64,000 nt of DNA. It comes from Tricharina praecox. Its lineage: Eukaryota. The stretch is taken from assembly GCF_024521635.1 (NCBI RefSeq), contig NW_026250437.1, positions 186,001-250,000 on the forward strand. Reading direction: 5' to 3'. The stretch's first letter is position 1, and every line of letters begins with the position of its first letter. Below are positions 50,785 through 63,270 of this stretch, one piece after another. Below the pieces are notes generated by a model. That model did no database searches. It was given only the letters and a program-made list of their open reading frames with translations, and was not told the DNA's origin. A program made the translations under genes and the position numbers.

Positions 50785-50882
50785 TCGGACTGGGACCAAC
50801 CCTGTCAGGCGCCACCTCGGACCGGACGGACTACCTCCAAACGGTCTGGACGGCCGTTCGGGCCGGACTACGGAGCACACTG
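50785..50882 (-). mobile_element. Solo end of a hAT-like element between copies A and B
   Basis: Reverse complement reads CAGTGTGCTCCGTAGTCCGGCCCGAACGGCCGTCCAGACC, similar to 22046 onward; GGAC-rich. Confidence 0.5.
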
Positions 50883-51164
50883 TCCTCGGCATCGCTAATG
50901 CGAGATCCCCGTGGATCATACTCTGGTTGGTCCCGAAGGATATTACTAATGCGACAACCTAGAGTATAAGGAAGACCGGGCGTCGCACAAGGCTGCCAGC
51001 AGCGAGGGGAACACCTAGAGGGATGGGGGTGGTGGGGGCGGGTGAGTGACCCGACTCCGCAACAGGCCGCCTACTGTGCATACCAAACACCACGCCGCGC
51101 GCACACCGACCTATCGTCCGTCCTCCAACCTTCGACCGCTTACATACAAGCTGCCGTTTCCTCG

Positions 51165-53821
51165 ATGAATCGCCTCTCGGTTCCCGCATCGGTCGCGGGG
51201 CTACTGCGGGCCAGCACAACGATCATCAGTGTTATCTCCGCCGCCGTCGACGCTCCCCGCACTGCGCGTAACGTGCATGACGAGGTGCAAGCGCTGCACG
51301 CGATTCTCCGGCAGCTGGACGACTGCATAGTCGGCCGTTTCGCCGAGCCGGAGAGCATGGCGCGAAAATCGCAGATCTATGTCAACGATCTGGTCGTTAC
51401 TCTGGCCGGCTGTGTGCGTACTGTCTCGGATCTGGATAAGGAGCTTGGGGGTGTAAGGGCGGCTGGCAGCGGCAACAGTAATAGGCCTCAGCGTAGGCGC
51501 TTGGAGGGTGCTAGGTGGGCCGCGGAGGATCCGGATATCGCAAAGATACTGCGGAACCTGCAGATGCTCACGATAGCTTTGAGCTTGTTGCTGTCGGTGT
51601 ACACATGGTTAGTCCTGGGTCCTCACCGATGTGTGATGGCAACTCCCATACCTAGGCGACACCCAGCCGTTTAAGGCGGATTGATGATCTCTCTCCCGTC
51701 CAGCCGTTGCGTTTCTACGTATCACTGCTGACAAAGATTAGTACTTCAACGCAAAAACTGCAAGACGCCATGGCAGAACTCGAGCAGTCTCTGACAGCTG
51801 TCAGGAAGACGTTCCCGGACGTCGCAGAGCCCATGATAGCAGGAATTCTAGCGGAGACTAGGGAATACACCAAGGCGTGGAAGAACGATTCATCAAGCTC
51901 TTTCGAGACCACCGGCACGATGGATTCCAAATGGTCCCAACGTACTGGGCTGAGCTTGGCGCACATCTCAAAAATATCGTTCCTCTGTCTTCCTATATCC
52001 ATTTCGGAACTAAATAATGGTTACATGTATGCCCAGGAGAAATCCAGCGACAGTGTGGTGCAACTTCGCAATATCCGGAGTGCATGGCCCTCTGTGGAAG
52101 GACTTCAACGGCTACGGATGAGCGGCAGCACCATCACCACCGTTATTCGACACCGCTTCACACCCGTGAACGAAAGGGTCACTGCGTTGCATGATGCAGC
52201 TCGTAAAGGAGATAACGCCACTGTCGAAGCGCTTGTACACAGGCTGGGCGTCGATGTAGACTCCCGGGATTGGGAAGAAGAAAGTTCGGCGCTGCACAGG
52301 GCAGTTGTTTCAGAGAAGATCGATACTGTGCAGTTGCTGCTCGAACTCGGGGCTGATATCGAGGCCACGGAACCCGACGACTGTACACCGCTCCATCGGG
52401 CGGCACAAAACGGACAAACAGCTATAGTGCAGCTACTACTCCACCGCGGTGCCGATATCGAGGCTAAGGATAACGTTGGTTCCACGGTGCTTCACACGGC
52501 CGTTGACCATGGGCGTGCAACTACAGTGCAGCAGTTGCTCGACCACGGTGCCGGCATAGAATCGAAGGACAACAACGGTTGGACATCACTTCACCGGGCT
52601 GCCTGGAAAGGTCATCTACATACAGTAGAGCTGCTGCTCGACCTTGGGGCCGACATCGAGGCGAAGACCAACAGCGGTCACACGGCATTTCATCGAGCAG
52701 CTTGGAACTGGAACACTACGACAATCCGATTACTAATCGACCGTGGTGCCAACATCGAAGCTACGACAAACCGCGGTCATACGGCGCTTCGCCGAGCTGC
52801 CCTGAATGAGCTCACTAGTGGTACAGTGCGGCTACTGCTCGCCTGTGGTGCTAATATCGAGGCAAAGGGGAACAACAGTCATACGGCGCTTCACCGAGCA
52901 GCTTTGGACGGACACATAGCTACAGTGAAACTACTGCTCGAACTTGGTGCCGACATTGAGGCCAGGACCAACACCAGTCACACGGCACTCCACCGAGCGG
53001 CCTTGCACGGGCACACCACTATAGCGCAGCTACTTCTCGACCGAGGAGCCGACATCGAGGCCAAGGCAACCAACGATTGTACGCCGATCCACCAAGCGGC
53101 ACAGAGTGGGCACACAACTACATTAAGGTTGCTGCTCGAATGCGGTGCTAACATCGAGGCTAAGACGAAAAGTGGTCGTACGGCCCTTTACCAAGCGGCC
53201 CAGGGCGGATACACAGTCGCAATACGGCTACTTCTTGACCGAGGTGCTGAAATTGAGGCCAAGACCGATGAGGGCTTCACGGCACTGCTCACAGCGGCCT
53301 ACGAAGGACACGGAGCGACAGTGCAGCTACTGCTCGACCGGGCTGCCGATACTGAGGCTACGACGGATCTGGGCTTTACCGCGCTGCACGCAGCGACTCA
53401 GAACGGGCACATAGATACAGTACAGCTGCTGCTCGACTCGGACGCCGACATTGAGGCCAATCAGAGCGGCAACTGGACACCGCTTCACCGAGCGGTCCAG
53501 AACGGACACATAGCTACAGTGCAGCTACTACTGGACCGCGGCGCGAACATTGAGGCCAACGCCAACAGCGGCCACACGGCGCTTCATCGAGCGGCCATGA
53601 ACGGGAATCTAGCCATAACCCAGCTGCTGCTCGACCGTGGTGCCGACATTGAGGCCAAGCAGAGCGGCGATTTGGCGCCGCTTCACCTAGCGGCACAGAA
53701 CGAACACACGGTTGTAGTGCAGCTACTACTCGACCGCGGTACAGACATCAAGACAAGGGACAAGGACGGCCGGACACCGCTTCACCGGGTGTCACGTGAT
53801 GGGTTCCCTGATATATTGTAA
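51165..53821 (+). CDS. HeLo-like-N + linker + about 17 ankyrin repeats, copy B; intron 51608-51741; premature stop truncates the final repeats (ancestral end about 53992)
   Basis: MNRLSVPASVAGLL...RWAAEDPDIAKILRNLQ, with TALHRAA..GH....LLLDRGADIEA repeats. Ankyrin-like sequence continues in frame past TAA 53819. Confidence 0.75.
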
Positions 53822-54890
53822 TTGCTACTCGACCGCGGAGCTGACGTCCAGGCCAAAGATCAGTACTGTTGAACGCCGCTGCCCCTAGCTGTAGAGAATG
53901 ACAATCATGCCGCAGCACAGGTGCCGCGTGGGCTAGAGGCTATAGACACTAGTGGCTCCAATACGCCCGTGCTCCCCATCGGAACTTCGTAGAGAGACCC
54001 ACGAGGTACGCCTGCTGGGGACATGGACTGACTACGAGACCACGTGATACACAGTACATAGTAGTAACATTAGTAGTCGTACATAAGAGTTGTGGCAGTC
54101 GCAGCGGAGGATCGGGATGGGAATGCCGTAGGTACGTGCGAGTGGGAATTTCTTCCGTACTCTCGCCTGTTGAATAGGTATTTGTATATTACATTCGCTG
54201 CCGGGTGGTTCGAGATCGCTATGCCCCACAGGACTCCTAGTAGTTAGCTGCCCCCCGGCTGTGACTGGGAGTTGTCTGCCACCACCATGGGAGGAGGGAT
54301 GTAGGATAGATGGGCGATCAGATAAGATAGGAGGATGAGCTAGTCAGATCGGTGTATCCGAATGGTAGGGAGAGCCGAACTAGCCGGATCGGGTGGCACC
54401 AAACGTTCTAGGCAGCAGAGGAGAGCCATATTCGATGGTTCTTCGAAGTTGAATACAACCCCAACTTTTCCATCTTGTTTATTTTCACCGTTCCCTCTGC
54501 CGGGCTATGTCATCATACCCGCAGTACGCCAGACATGGAGCCGTACGATTAGCCTTCGATATTTTGAGAAGCGTTCTGCACACGATTTAGGTTCGCAATC
54601 CGCCACCACGTGCACCACCGCCGCCGCGTCCGACGGACTCGGTGTGCCTTCTGGCGTCCTGCCCGATGTGTCCAAGTGCTCCGGCGGGTTTTCAAAAGAA
54701 ACGTTGCCAATGGCTGCATGCCGCTCGTATCTAGCTACCGGTACCGCTAAGCCACGAGGCTCCTAGATAGGTGTTTCGCAGGGCTGTGCATCTGCGGGGA
54801 ATATTGTGGTATATAATGACACTGGATCTCTACCACCAGCCGGCGTCCAATAGGTAGCTCACTACACACCCATACTTTGGTTAGCAAGTC

Positions 54891-57225
54891 ATGGACCCTC
54901 TTTCGGTTGCAACGTCAGTTACGGGACTATTGCAAATCGGAGCAAAGGTCATCGGGCTCCTTTCCACCACTATCGACGCTCCCAGTACCGCGCGTAACGT
55001 GCTCGCCGAGGTCAAATCACTGCACGCGATCTTTGGCCAGCTGGAGGACTTCATAGTCCACTTCACTGAGCAGAGCATGGCCCGGAAATCTAGAATCTAC
55101 GTCGAGGATCTGGTCGCTACTTTGACGGGCTGTGTGTGCACTTTCTCCGAACTCGATAAAGAGCTCAAGGGCCTCAAGACCGACCACAGCGACGATCCCA
55201 AGTCCAAGTTTGGTATCTGGGATCGCGGCAAATGGGCGGCAAAAGACCAGGATATCGCGAAGATTCTGCGAAACCTGCAAATGCATAAGACATCTCTGAG
55301 CCTGTTACTCGGCATTTACACATGGTAGGTCCAATAATTTCCGGTTTATCCCCCACCTCTTATGCCCCATGACCGCGTGTATGTACATGCTACAGACATT
55401 TACGGTGTACCTTAGTTCGTCGACGCAGCAAGTGCAACGCGACATGGCCGAACTGAAACGATTCATGACGGCAATCATGGAGGCGAATCCGAGCCTCGAG
55501 GCGCGCATGGTGGATGCTTCGTCGGGGGATGATGATGTATCCTCGGTTCGTTCCCGAACTTCGATCCTCTCCACAATATCGGAAAGGTGCTTTCGCCATT
55601 TCTCAACCGAGCATGAGCAGACTCCGGTTGAGAATGGAGTGAATAAACAGGCAGCCGGAAATTCAGCAATCGGCTCTCTTAGGAGCATCCGAACGTCGGA
55701 TTCTAGGTCGAGCCAGCTCAGTGGGCTGAGCATGGCCCAGATTCCGAACTTATCGATCATTTGTCTTCCAGTAAATATTTCCGAGCTGAACAATGGCGAC
55801 ATGTACAGCCGGAGCGGGAGGGAAACTGGTGGCCGCGTGGCCGGAGAGGGGCTCATTGTGGGGCAATTGCAACGGCTTCGAAAGGGCAGCATCAATCTTA
55901 CCACCTCAGTTCGATATCACATGACACCCTATAGTTCCAGGACGTCTCTGTTACACGCCGCCGCTGGCAGGGGAAACACCATCGCCGTCATGTCGCTCGT
56001 ACAAAGTCTGGGCCTCAGCATCGAGGCCATAGACACCACTGCAGGAAGAACTCCGCTTCACTTCGCAGTCATCAACGGGCATACCGATACAGCGAAACAC
56101 CTACTCGACCAGGGCGCTGACATAGAGGCCGAGCAGGCGGAGGCGTCTCGGAGGCCGCTTCACTTAGCGGCTTGGGGCGGACACACAGCTACAGTGCAGC
56201 TTCTTCTCGACTGGAATGCCGACATTGAAGCCAAGGAGCTCCACGGTTTTACGGCGCTGCAGTTCGCGGCTCAGATGGGACACACAGCTACAGTGCAGCT
56301 ACTGCTCGACCGAAATGCCGGCATCGAAGCGATAGATAATGACTCCTGGACATCGCTTCACCACGCAGTCAGAAACGGACACACAGCTACAGTACAGCTT
56401 CTGCTCGACCGTAATGCCGATATCAAAGCCACGCGATTCGGGGGTGCTACGGTGCTGATCGTAGCGGCACATTACGGATCCACGAATACAGTGCGGCTAC
56501 TGCTCGATCGGAATGCCGACATAGAGGCCAAGAATGACAAAAGTTATACGGCACTACTCGCAGCGGCTGGAGACGGACACACAGCTACAGTGCAGCTTCT
56601 GCTCGACCGGAATGCCGACATTAAAGCCAAGGAGCTCCACGGTTGTACGGCGCTACAGTTGGCGGCTCAGATGGGACACACAGCTACAGTGCAGCTCCTG
56701 CTCGACCGGAATGACGACATAAAGGCTACGACGAAAGACGATTTGACACCGCTTCATCTGGCAGCCCGGAACTTTGACCCAGATACAGTGCAGTTACTGC
56801 TCGACCGGAATGCCGACGTACAGGCTACGACGAAAGACAACCGTACACCGCTCCACGAGGCTGCCGCGTACGGAAGATACAAGACATTGAGGCTATTGCT
56901 CGATCGGAATGCCGACATAGAGGCCAAGACCAGCCGGGGTCTCACAGCACTGCTCATAGCGGCTGAGGGCGGGCGCATATATGCAGTGCGGGTACTGCTT
57001 ATCTGGAATGCCGACATAAAGGCCACGGATAGAGACGGCTGGACAGCGCTTCACCTGGCGGTCCAGAGCGGACACACAAGTATAGTGGATGAACTGCTCC
57101 GCCGGAATCCCAACATAAAGGCCAAGACCAGCCTGGGTCTCACGGCATTGAATATAGCCACTCAAAAGCGCTATTCAGATATCGTGAAGCGACTGCTCAA
57201 AGCGATTGCTGCCATGGAGGAGTGA
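54891..57225 (+). CDS. HeLo-like-N (fungal STAND N-terminal-like) + linker + 13 ankyrin repeats, copy C, intact; intron 55325-55415
   Basis: MDPLSVATSVTGLLQIGAKV...DAPSTARNVLAEV...LTGCVCTFSEL...KWAAKDQDIAKILRNLQMHKTSLSLLL, then 13 TxLHxAxxxGH-type repeats; no internal stop. Confidence 0.88.
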
Positions 57226-58406
57226 GACCGACGATAAGTACAATTTGTCGCTGTTTCCCTTGGCTGCCGTTAGCGGGAACGCGGCTAATTGCTACTGGAA
57301 TGCAGGTGTGCCAACGTCGAGGCATAGTCCAAGATCGGTTGAAGAGGGCGAAATAAGAGGCCGGATGATGGCCGAGAATAGGAGTTTTATGTAAGGAATG
57401 AAGATGTCGTTTGGGCGGATAATTTTTGGGGATGAGGTGGAATGAACGGTTTCTCTAGTTATCCCACGAGTGACCAATCATGCCGCACACAGGCGGTCCC
57501 TGTGTCCCTCCGACCCCGGCTGGGCCGTATCGACCCTACTCTACTCTGTGGCTACTCAAAGTATAGTACCTAGCTCCGCATCCACTACAGGCTGCGATTG
57601 ACCGTTCGCCTTTCGTACTGCCGCTTCGATCCGCTTCACATCAAGTTCCAAGGGGGAGGGAGGGCACAGAGGAACCGAGGAACAGCCTGCGCTGATACCC
57701 ACGCACGGGCGAGTGCGTGGAGGTACCCAGGGATGCCGAAGCGAATACGCCGGTTGAGATTATATACTCTATGTCCTGTACGATGCACACTCGACGCTCC
57801 GAGTCCGAGTCCGAGTCCGGGTTGCGCGAGTGCCAGTGCGTGATCGCGCCGAGGGGTTGGACTGGTTTTCGCGCGCTTGACGCCGTCCGGGAGGAGGAGA
57901 GAGGATTCGCACGAGTTGAGTGCCCCAGGGCCGAGTCCGTATGCACATACTCTACATATCCTCCGCCAACCAAACCAGAGTGCGATCGCAGCGGGCAAAC
58001 AGCATCTTCACACGCAAGCACTCACTCTTTTCCACAACTGGACGGGACGGTCACGAACCCCGCCCGATCCGACACAAGTTACAACCACCACCAACGCGCG
58101 TTTGGAATGCGGCGAGGCATGGGCGGGGTATGTATCATACAGGTTGTAAGAGAGCCTGGTCCAACGCGACCAGTCATCTCCCGCCAGCGAGGAATGTGTT
58201 TGGATCGATCTTGAGGACACGGGACACGGGACAGCGAGCGAGGGAGGGAGGGCTGTAGCTTCTCTTGGACGACAGATGGTGGGTCTTCTGATTCGAGAGT
58301 GTAGCCGTGGTTCTCGGCGCAGAACATACCCCAGCCCTGGGGGGCCTTAGACATGATGCTTATCCGCTTTCACAGAGCAGCTAGAACTATCCTGGAGCGA
58401 GAACGA

Positions 58407-58433
58407 CCCCCCCCCCCCCCCCCCCCCCCCCCC
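58407..58433. repeat. Poly-C tract (27 nt)
   Basis: Uninterrupted C run. Confidence 0.95.
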
Positions 58434-61400
58434 ACCCTCAATCCACTGGAGTCCCGCCGTCACATCATAGCCAATAGGTAGCAGCCAAAGAGTGGAGGTG
58501 GAGGGGCGAGACGATACGATACGAGGCGAGCCGCTTCCCCACTACCTACTCTAGAGCAGCTAGCCAGCTTAGCTAGCTGAGCACACTCGCAGCCCGCCCG
58601 TACTGCACTGGCACTGCACTGCAAATCTCACGGTTCAAGATTCTCAGCTCCGACGCTCAATCTGCTGTATTCAGAGTAGTGCATGAATGTGCGCAACGAT
58701 GCGCAACAATAGATAGAGAAGAGGGAGGGGAATGGTAATGGAGACTAACTAAACGGAGCGGACCAGTGTCCCACATCCGTGCAAGATCACGACAACCACA
58801 ACAACAGCTCGGATAGCGGCTTGCCTGAGACAACTAACAAGCGGCGACTAAACTCCACCTCCACCACACCTCAGGAGCCCCGCTCGGGAGTGAACAACGG
58901 GCGAAAAGAAGGAAATCACGTCCCCGACGCCCGTGTTACGTCGATATCTAGCGGCAACGATATGAAACAAACGCACATTACCACCTACTGGCAGCAGTAC
59001 TGCGCCCGTTGACGCGAGGCGAGATGCCCTGACCTTACCACATACCCACATATCGACCTAGAGTACATACCCATCTCATCTCCAGCATCCGCGCGCCAGG
59101 GTGAATTTCTGGGGAAGCCCAGTCCAGTGCAGTCCAGTGCAGTCAGGACGCGGGCGGGAGGGGAGGGGAGGGGAGGGGATGGGAGGGGATGGGATGCATG
59201 CGAGATCTAGTTACTACCGAGCAAAACATGGAGTATGATAGTAGATAGAGATATGATCCGCGCGGCTGAACCCATGGACAGCGGGCTTACGGTGCAGTTG
59301 CGGGGCGAGAAAACTATAAGTCCCAATGCGTCAAGGTGGCGTCTAGCAGAAGCAAAATTGCACTTCAGGAATGTGGAGTGCATGCATACGGTATCTACAC
59401 ACGTACATAGAATACACATGGGCATGGGCATGAGCACGAGCACGGGCATAGGGTGGTCAGCGGGGAGGAGCTGGGTGCATCGCGATGGTTCTGATGCCTT
59501 TTGGCGAGGGTTTTCACCATGAGAATTCCAATTACAAGTCATCCAGAACTAGACTCGGCACTGAGCAACATCTGCAAATTTCGCTGCGAGTGTGTATGTG
59601 CGTACCTGCTGTAAGTACCTGTACATTGGTACTTGTGATTTGACCGGTGTTTGTTCCCGTGAGCAGATATCTCCCATACCATACCAACTATATACATGCA
59701 CGCCCTCGCCAAGTATGTACTTCAGAGACACGCAGAACCCGGGAACGAACGGCAGAGGAATTCGTACAATACATGCATACATAGGATTCGACCTCTTGAG
59801 CGACTCACAGCCCATCACTCCGGCCTGGAACCTGGCGAGGCAGATTCGACTCGATTCGATTCGCCAGGCGAGGCCTCGCGAGGCCTCACTTTTGGCCCCC
59901 AACGCGCAAGTTCAACGCCCACGGATCCGAGTGGTTCGGATTGACGAATTGGCGAAATTCAAAACTCATGCAGCATCCGTGCCGATGTGATGTGATGTGA
60001 TGGGACAACATGATACATATCTCAGCTACATAGGTGCGGACGTAGGTAGGTGGGCTAGCGATCAGGCGTCCCCCCTCCCCCACTTCACCTATAACATCGA
60101 GCCGGCAGGGAAAAACGAACGAACGAACGAACGAACGAAAGAACGAACGAACGGATACGGTATCTACGGATGCAGTTGGATCATGACAGCTCACGCCATG
60201 TACTCTACATCTCAACATACGTGTATGTAGCTACCAGATACCTATGATAGGTAGAGTACAATTAGGCTACCGTTTATCACACCCGCACCTGCACCATCCG
60301 TGCCGTATCATGTATGTAACTAGAGCTATGGAGACTCGTCGCATTGATCAAGACCATGGTGGGCGGCCACGACCGCGACCGTGACTGCCCCCAATCCATC
60401 ATTATATTGCGCTACATATGATAGTTTACATATAACCAATCGTTGATCATCTTGCGTGATTTCGTGCTGCAATAGTTACAGTAGTTAGCGAACCCCCCTC
60501 CCCCCGTCCCCCACCAGGCCCCTCCCCCTACCCCCAGCTCTGTAGAATAGTATAGTAAATACCAACAGCTCCGTTAAGTAGAGTTCCAACAGCTCCGTAG
60601 ACCAGGTATGTATCCAGAGGAGAAACCAACAGAGCTCAACATGTTGGATCTATCTAACATCTCATATCATATCATATCGCGTTCCGCCTTGTCCCGTCCC
60701 GTCCACTTCGACTTGAATTCGCCCCATCTTCTCTCACCCTCACCCCCACCCCCATCTCCCCCCATATCCATATCCATCCTAGGTACTCTACTAGTTATTA
60801 GAGCTAGTTAGTAGAGTTAGAGCCGACAGGCACGCGAGGGGTGGCGACTCGCGAGAACGCAGACCGACCGCAGAACGCAGATTAGCGAGCCTCGCATTCG
60901 TCCTCGTTCCCTCGCTTGGCAGGCAAAGTGCAAAAGGAAGAATGAACGAATGGCGAGGGTCGATGAAGCGCCCTGCCACTGTGCCAGTCCGTGTCGTGGA
61001 AAGAAAATGAAATGATTTTGCGAGTCCGTCCCTCGCAATGGGGGCGGAAGATTCTTTCCGATACTCTGCACAGTGCACAGTGCACACGGCGCACTCGACT
61101 CCTGCGCAGGAAACCACTCCGTTTGATGGACCAGCAGGCGCCTTCGACGACACGACGACAACGACGACAACGACGACGCGAATGCGTGCATAAGTGAGTT
61201 TATGCACTGAGGAGAGCAAGACTTGCAGACTTGCAGACCCGCAGAGCGTATGCATCGAATACATATCTCCAGTAGAGTACAGTAAATCCCGACGCGACGT
61301 GGAGTCGTGGAGTCGTGCAGTCGTGGACTAGCAGGACAGTTTCTGCACAGCGGGCGCTTAGAAGTTATCTAGAGCTCGGGTCCGGGTTCATCCATCCATC

Positions 61401-61872
61401 CATCCAAACCATCCTTCCTTCCATCGTGCAGGCAGGCCCTGGAGCTAGTTGCTCGTAGAAGTAGTTTAACGGGCCACGAGAAAGCTGCAGCACCAGCACC
61501 AGCAGCAGTACCTAGACCGGCGGGCTGTGGAATCTGGATTGTTCTTCGGGGCGGGGTACGCGTACTCTACATACACAGAGTACATGAGAAGGGTGGGGAG
61601 GGGGAAAACGGTATGTAGCGACTGATCGCGAAAGCTGCTCTAAAGCTAAAGTATATCATACTTACATTGATGCCTATTTTTCCTCGGCGGCGGCAATCTC
61701 ACGATACCGTACCGCTGATGCGCTGATGCGCTGTTAATGCCGATGCGGATGATGCATAACCTACTACCTACGGAGTATAGGAGGTATGTATGCATACCTC
61801 TTCTGTTGTTTGTAGTATCTAGTGGTGGTGGTGGTGGTGGTGGTTAACCATCGGCCGTGCTTGCAGTCTGAG

Positions 61873-61947
61873 GAAACAGAAACAGAAACGCACACAGAGA
61901 AACAGAAACGCACACAGAGAAACAGAAACGCACACAGAGAAACAGAA
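61873..61947. repeat. 20-bp minisatellite (AACAGAAACGCACACAGAGA x3 plus partials)
   Basis: Three perfect units at 61881-61940. Confidence 0.95.
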
Positions 61948-63197
61948 TTGCATACAGCACAGAATCCCAGACGATGATGATGCAGCTGTCTTGTGCTTGC
62001 AGCGAGTGCTCACAGAACAGCGAGTTGCCCAGAAAAGTAACCTCGGTCTTTTGGTCGTCGGTCTTCGCCGCTCACGCGTCGACATGACGCTAGCGAAAAC
62101 AAAAGCAGCAGGCACTTCCGGTCCCACCGGTGAACAGAGCAGAATAGGTAGAACAGAACAGGACAGGAAAGAACAGGAATGAGAAAAAAAGAAGGAAAAA
62201 GTAAGTCGGGTCGGTGCCCGGGTGAGGAATGGAGGGGAGGGAGGGGAGAGATGGGGGGGAGGGGGCCGTCTCGCTACCAAACATTACGACACATAGATAG
62301 AATGTAGATACCGGTCGGCGGTAGATGTCTGTTGGTTGTGTATGTGTGACGGCGTGACCTCTTTCTGTCATCAGCTTGTGAGAGTGCACTTTTGTTTGCG
62401 ATGGGTTTCGGGTTCGCATTGGTAGGTGGGTACTTGGGTACTTGGGTACTTGGGTACATGGGGAATCATCGTTGCTTCACCGGTACCCCAGTCCTCCAGT
62501 ATGTATTCCAATACCGCACCATGCCCTCGCTCCCTCGCAGAGTCTCGCAGAGGCTCGCACAGTCTGCCTGCAGTATCCATCATAGTACCCGTAGAGCTGG
62601 ACCGGTGTCCCCACTCCAGCACATCATGAGACTCCGTCCAGCTGCACGTACGTACCCGCCGGCAGCGCCTACGCCCTCTTTTGTGTCTTTTGTCTTTGAC
62701 AACGGCCAGTCGTGCCCTCCCCTCTGCGGCGGCAGTTCCCAAGCACAGGCTCCGTGTACCGTAGCTGCGCCGCTGCGCTGCAGGGTCGTGGAGAAGACAA
62801 GCAAAAGAGAAGGAAAGAAAAGAGAAGGAAAGAAACGAAAAGCACACAGCAGCAGCAGCAGCAGCAGAAGCACAAGTTGTACGGTGGTATGGACGGTGGT
62901 ATCCGTGAGTTACTGCATACCTATGATGGGTGCATTCAAACTTTTCTCTGTGCATATCATATGTCAATATGCGGGGCCTGTGAGCGACTCGAGTCTCGGG
63001 TTCGTTTGCTCGCCGCTCGATGCTTCGGCGGCAAATACTCAGCTTTCAAGAGCAAAGAGCAAGAGCAAGAGCAGAGACAGGGCTACTGACGAGCGTGCAC
63101 GGTTATTGACTACACGCACGCACGTAATCTACCGGTGCCTTCTCACTCGCATCGCTTGGTTGCTGCTTGCTGCGTTGCTGTACTCGATCGGGCGGTT

Positions 63198-63270
63198 GCT
63201 TCTTGCTTCTTGCTTCTGCTTCTTGCTTCTGCTTCTTGCTTCTGCTTCTTGCTTCTGCTTCTTGCTTCTG
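63198..63270. repeat. CTTCTG/CTTCTTG compound microsatellite
   Basis: Alternating GCTTCT and GCTTCTT units. Confidence 0.9.

Noticed and set aside
48880..57200. 99-bp periodic repeats with variable intervening sequence, resembling a CRISPR-like array
   Set aside because: They are in-frame ankyrin coding repeats in a eukaryotic genome, and no cas genes are present.
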